A model generated the notes under the pieces. That model had not been told where the DNA came from, did no database searches, and saw nothing but the letters and a program-made list of their open reading frames with translations. Source: Bugula neritina (lineage: Eukaryota; Animalia; Bryozoa). Taken from it: a stretch of 64,000 nt of DNA. The stretch lies in NCBI GenBank assembly GCA_964035545.1, contig OZ037769.1, positions 4,631,929 through 4,695,928 of the forward strand, in the 5' to 3' direction. Below are positions 51,085 to 64,000 of the stretch, piece by piece. Made by a program: the position numbers and the translations under genes. Position 1 is the stretch's first letter. Every line of letters begins with the position of its first letter.

Positions 51085-51692
51085 CGTATCGAGGGCTACA
51101 TTCAAACCAATTACCACTGTTCAAACCCTTGACGTTAATGTGTGCATTTTCATTTCGACTTTCATCACAAGTTTGACTGCGCGATCATTCAGGTAGCTTG
51201 ACTTCTACAGCTCACAAACATTTCTAACGGACATTCACGAATTCCTATCAATAGTTATTCTGTCACATTTCAATTCAGGCCAGAATTTCATTGGATATTT
51301 GCCTAAAATGGATCGTCCTATTGGTTTGTTGTTAAAAACCAACGTAGCAGTTGATTAGCATTAACGCTATTCCAATAAATTAATTTATTTCAAAATTATA
51401 GTTATACTTATAGTCACTGTGAATGACAATTATAATAAATAATATGATACTTAATATTACAATAATTTATGATCTTCGGTTGCTATATAAATATTAGCAC
51501 TAATAGTAATGGTAATACTAATATTATATTTTACATCTAAAGTTTACAAATAATTGAGTGAGCTTAATTTTTTACTAGACAATATTTTTCTTTCACTCCG
51601 ACTCACACAGTCACACTCACAGTCACACTCAGTGTTACTGTCACTGTGACTTAAACTGCGCAATTTTATAAAATCATTCACTCGTGGCCGTG
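51085..51692. promoter_or_regulatory. Probable bidirectional promoter region for AIFM3-like (-) and NSRP1 (+)
   Basis: Head-to-head genes. Putative non-coding first exon of AIFM3 ending at a donor near 51084, several CCAAT/ATTGG boxes, and initiator-like TCAGT/TCACT repeats before the NSRP1 ATG. Confidence 0.5.
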
Positions 51693-59678
<7,986 letters not shown>

Positions 59679-60973
59679 TTGGCTGTTTAATCATACTCAA
59701 GTTTCTACAGTTAACACTTATGCAAATGCTGTTTGTACATAGAATCCTGGCAAACTAAGCTGCATTTTTTACTTTTTGATTAAATAAATACATCCACAAT
59801 GTATCAATATTATCTTAGTGGAGTGCAAAGCCCCTTCAACTGTTTATATGCTTTATCTAGGCTATTCCTACTTTACATCTGCCAAACTTTGGAGCAAACA
59901 TTCTAAAGCATTTACATATTTAATAAACTCATTTATAAATCACATTTAATTTTGATCTAATGATTTTCGGTCATCTGAAAAGGAGTTAAGAATTCTACTC
60001 AATAATGTACATTTTTACTTCATATGCATCTTGTAATTCTTAATTCTAAGAAAAAATCATAGAATATCAATGAACATTTAGTGAAATATATTCGTTTATT
60101 TCAGTTGAATAATTTATTGACAACAAAATAACATTAATCTTTCATATTTACATAATTTAGTATGCGCATAATATGTATAAGTAAAAATCTCAAGCAGTGA
60201 TTGGGGTAAAACTAGCATAGGAGTAAATACAAACCACACCAAACTAATATATAGCTTGACTGTAATACATCACATTACACTACTTTACACAGACTGGAAT
60301 GTATGCATACAGATGGTTGGCTCAAAGTCCTAGAGTTGCAGGTAAAACACAGCTTTACCTGCATGCACATGTTGCATCAATAATTTAAAATAAGAATAAG
60401 TACAGCCCATATAAACTTGAATGCAATGTATAGCATTGTTGAATATGGTTACATGCCATCATAATCTAAATATAATATGTATGTATATATATATACAAAA
60501 ACAACAGCATAAAAATAAATATTTGCGTAATATATAAAATTATTCATCATAGTACAATTATTTTCAAGGATACAGTATTAATTCTAAAACAGGTATTTTG
60601 GTTATGCATATTATCTACAGTCAACTGTGGGGTTCAAAGGTCGCATGAGATGTGCTTAACATATTTTTAAAGGTGAGGCAGTTTAACATCTGCTTAACCA
60701 GCAATTCTCTGAGAGTTCCAGGTGGTGAGTAAACAGCTATTCCCCTTATTAGGAAAGGTATTTATACATGTGAGAACCATGGCTATCCATAACAGACATG
60801 TAAAAGTCTTGTTCATTGAGATACGCTGCATCACAAAACGGGGCGTCACCCACCCGTCCCCTTATCTAAATGTTGTGAGGTATATCAGCAGTAAAATTGA
60901 ACAGCAGTAAGTACAAAAATATCACATCGCTTAAAGAGTAGGTCAGCAAAACTTATGAAAATAATTTAATTTT

Positions 60974-63707
60974 TCACGTGAAGGCGGTGACTTCGCAAAT
61001 AACGGCTGCGTACCAGTTGCCAAACATATCGGCACGACCCTCCGGCTGTATTCTAATGTAGCGTCCGTTTATTCTCCTGTTACATATGGCTTTCTGTTCT
61101 CGGTGGGTTATAAATCTGTTGTCCAGATTTTCAATTCTCTCACACAGAGTTTCTCCAGTCTTACCAGAAGAAACGAACACAGACAGTGCGTCTAGACTCA
61201 AAGCATAGTCTTTCTTGTAAGCTGCAGATTCTACAAACAATCAGAAAGAATAGAGCTTTTTGTACTTACATTCATTATTAAATAATTAAACACTCTTTAA
61301 AATTAAAATAATAAGAGTTACATAATTTTGAGTCATGAAGTTACACTTTAATAATCTATCTGAAAGTGATTTCTTAAGAGATTCTCTTGCATAATTCACA
61401 GAACATTTATCGCTCAGGAAAGTATAATTTGCTGATCATGAGACCTCATCAAAAGTAATTTGGGTTGTTGCTCAAGTGAGCTTTCAACTTGTGTACAACA
61501 AATGTGCTAGTTATCAAGCCCACACATTTCATAACTATCATTTTCTCATATGTTATGCAAATTTTTAAAGTTTCAAAACATTATATAATATACCACATAC
61601 TATAATAAAGTAATTAAGTTGTCTGCTTAGGAAATATTTAAAGTTATGCAATATACTAAAATTAATTGCAAAGAATACCCTAAGGCCTAAGGTATGACCT
61701 CAAATATTCCTTGTCCAGAATTAGAGCAATTCTTTAGCCCCACAGACATAAGTAGATACTAATTTCATGACAATAATAGCATTTACATAGCAACCATATA
61801 ATTTATACGAGTACATTTTATACTTCATCAGAAACTACTATAGTCTACAACATACCTATTAAAAAGTAAGTGTGTTTTCACTTACCATCTTCCTGACTCT
61901 GCCACATGTAGATTACTACCCCAGACACATCTGTCCTCTCTCCCAAGTCTATAGTTAGCTGTGGCTCTGCATCATAGTAGCTATCCAATATGGCACATGA
62001 GTTAATATCATTTGTTGTGTTCCCATCTACAGCCTGCAGGATGTAATGAAACCCTGTTTATAATTTGTTTTCAGTATTAATCTCAACATTCACCGAATAT
62101 TCTGCAGTATAGTAAAATAATTAGATAGTAAATTTTGTTACTAATAGGTTGTCTTGTGTTTAATTTCATAAATGACTAATTTAAAAAAACCGTTTAGCAA
62201 TATAAAAAATGAATTTAAACATTGCTGAGAAGATAATTTCTTGCTAAAGATACATAGTATTATTTTGAGTATAAAATCCTTCTTCAGTATTCTTTTACTA
62301 ACTTGCATAGGGGACCCAGTTTAATGCCCTACCTTTTCTGCTAACTTCTGATTAATAGCGTCATTAGATCCCACGGCTAAAGCTCTTTTATTGTGTCTCT
62401 CCTTGTTCAGCCACGTTTCCTTTTTAAATGCAATATTCTCAACTAAAACGAACATCAGTACTCACATGGAAAAGCTGTGTGAAAACTATTTATATTAAAG
62501 CTATTTATTTCTATAGAAAACCTTTTGTGTCAACAAACTATTTATATTAAAATTACTGATTTTTTTAGAATTGCAAAATTTGGTTAGTAGTTGTTCTGCA
62601 TACCACAAGAAGAAGCCGAGTTGGGGCGAGTAAAACCAGCCCCACATTCTCCAGTATGTTGCTTTCCGAAAACTCCAGCCCTCATCGCTATCCCTTTGTT
62701 CCAAGAAACTGGATGAAATCTAATGTATCTTGCAATGAAGGGTTTAGCCAAGTAGTGAAGTCTTTTGTCATTCTTCCCAATATTTCCTCCAAACTCCTGC
62801 AAGCAGTAGCGTAGTTACCTTGTATTAGTATTCATTAGATTTTAAAATATATAGCTACCAGAAATTTCATGCTTCAGGGAGTTGTCTTTTCTTCTTCAAA
62901 GTATGATGTACATACATTCTAATACTGGTACTCTGACCAAAATGTTTATAAAGCGTTCTATTGAAATTACAAAAGGCAAAATTATGTTATCCAACTGCAA
63001 ATTGTAAGCCATTCAGTGTACGAATAGACTGAGAACTAAAACAGTATTGTTATACACTTACCACCACCCCATCTGCATTCACTTCACTAGGGAGGCTAGC
63101 ATACTTGCTGCTCTCTCCAGCAGCAATTCTTGTGTACTAAAATAAATTTAAAAAAAAAAAAATATATATATATATATATATTAACCCCAAATATACATCA
63201 ACCCCAAATAGTATATGAAGTTTGACTCATCAATTGGTTATGTATTTGATAAATACGAGGATTGCAGGATACTAAGTAAAGGCATTTAGTTTCTTGTAAA
63301 GAGGGGGCAGGCACTACCAGCTATGCTGATCAAAGCCCACACAAATTAAGTTATCAACTTACTCAATCTCTACATACGAATCCGATTATCTAATAATGGC
63401 TGTTAAGTGGTGGACGGAAATCAAGCATTCAAGTGTACTAATCATTACATAAAAATAAATGATGCTTAAACAATACGGTTTGAGATTACGGCAAATTTGG
63501 CTATCAAAAATATCTGAGGTGGTCTACAAGTTACCATGGTTTCTAGGTCCAGAGTGTCTTTGTAAAAGGTCCAATTCTTTGTATCGTTGCTGTAGGAAAC
63601 CTTGTATTTGGTAACCCACTGTTTCCTCCCGGTGTCCCCTCTTCCCATTGTCATCAAAGCCGTCACCAATGTGGGTGGGCCTATGTCCAACTGCAGCCAT
63701 TGATTAG
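60974..63707 (-). CDS. Discoidin (F5/8 type C) plus F-type lectin-like domain protein; the 5' part lies outside the window
   Basis: In-frame exons 63707-63535, [63136-63062], 62796-62604, 62442-62333, 62033-61886, 61230-60974. Discoidin motifs NQWLQLDIG, QWVTKYKVSYSND and IARYIRFHPVSW. F-type lectin motifs NIAFKK, AVDGN..SC, IDLG, GRYIRI and CEV. Confidence 0.85.
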
Positions 63708-64000
63708 CTAAAAATATAGTTCCATATAAACTGATTATTCGGCACTTAGTTTGACAGTTTGGTAGAGTTGTGACAGCACGATTAATGTGTGGTGTATACT
63801 TGTATTCCAATGTTTTACAAAACTTTCTATTTTTGGCTAATTGTAATCGAAACTGTAATTTACAAACTTAACCTTCTACGCAGTTTAACGATAAGAAATC
63901 TGGGTCATCTTGCACTTAGCTAAGATGGGTTTCATGTTTAGCAGTTTCATTTTTATGTTTCCTAACTTCAATAGCATAATTATACAGTTGGTCATGAGAA

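Overview
AT-rich, intron-rich animal (invertebrate-like; taxon is inference only) genomic window, with exons assembled by hand from GT-AG sites and reading-frame continuity. Contents from left to right: (1) the 5' part of an M1/aminopeptidase-N-like gene on the minus strand whose GAMEN and HEXXH motifs are degenerate (KSIEN, HQLAH); (2) two divergently transcribed paralogous two-exon genes encoding ~100-aa membrane-anchored or secreted peptide precursors (KR site plus C-x7-C); (3) a Tc1 transposase relic; (4) three tandem partial copies of the 3' half of an AIFM3-like gene (~15-34 kb), one interrupted by a single-LTR, non-autonomous Ty3/Gypsy element that lacks RT, RNase H and the integrase core but carries a spliced zinc-finger/coiled-coil accessory gene; (5) the intact AIFM3-like Rieske/flavoreductase gene (minus), head-to-head with (6) NSRP1/CCDC55 (plus); (7) the 3' part of a discoidin (F5/8C) plus F-type-lectin gene (minus). 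Introns contain tRNA-derived SINEs, MITEs, palindromes and mini/microsatellites. No CRISPR array or rRNA was seen.
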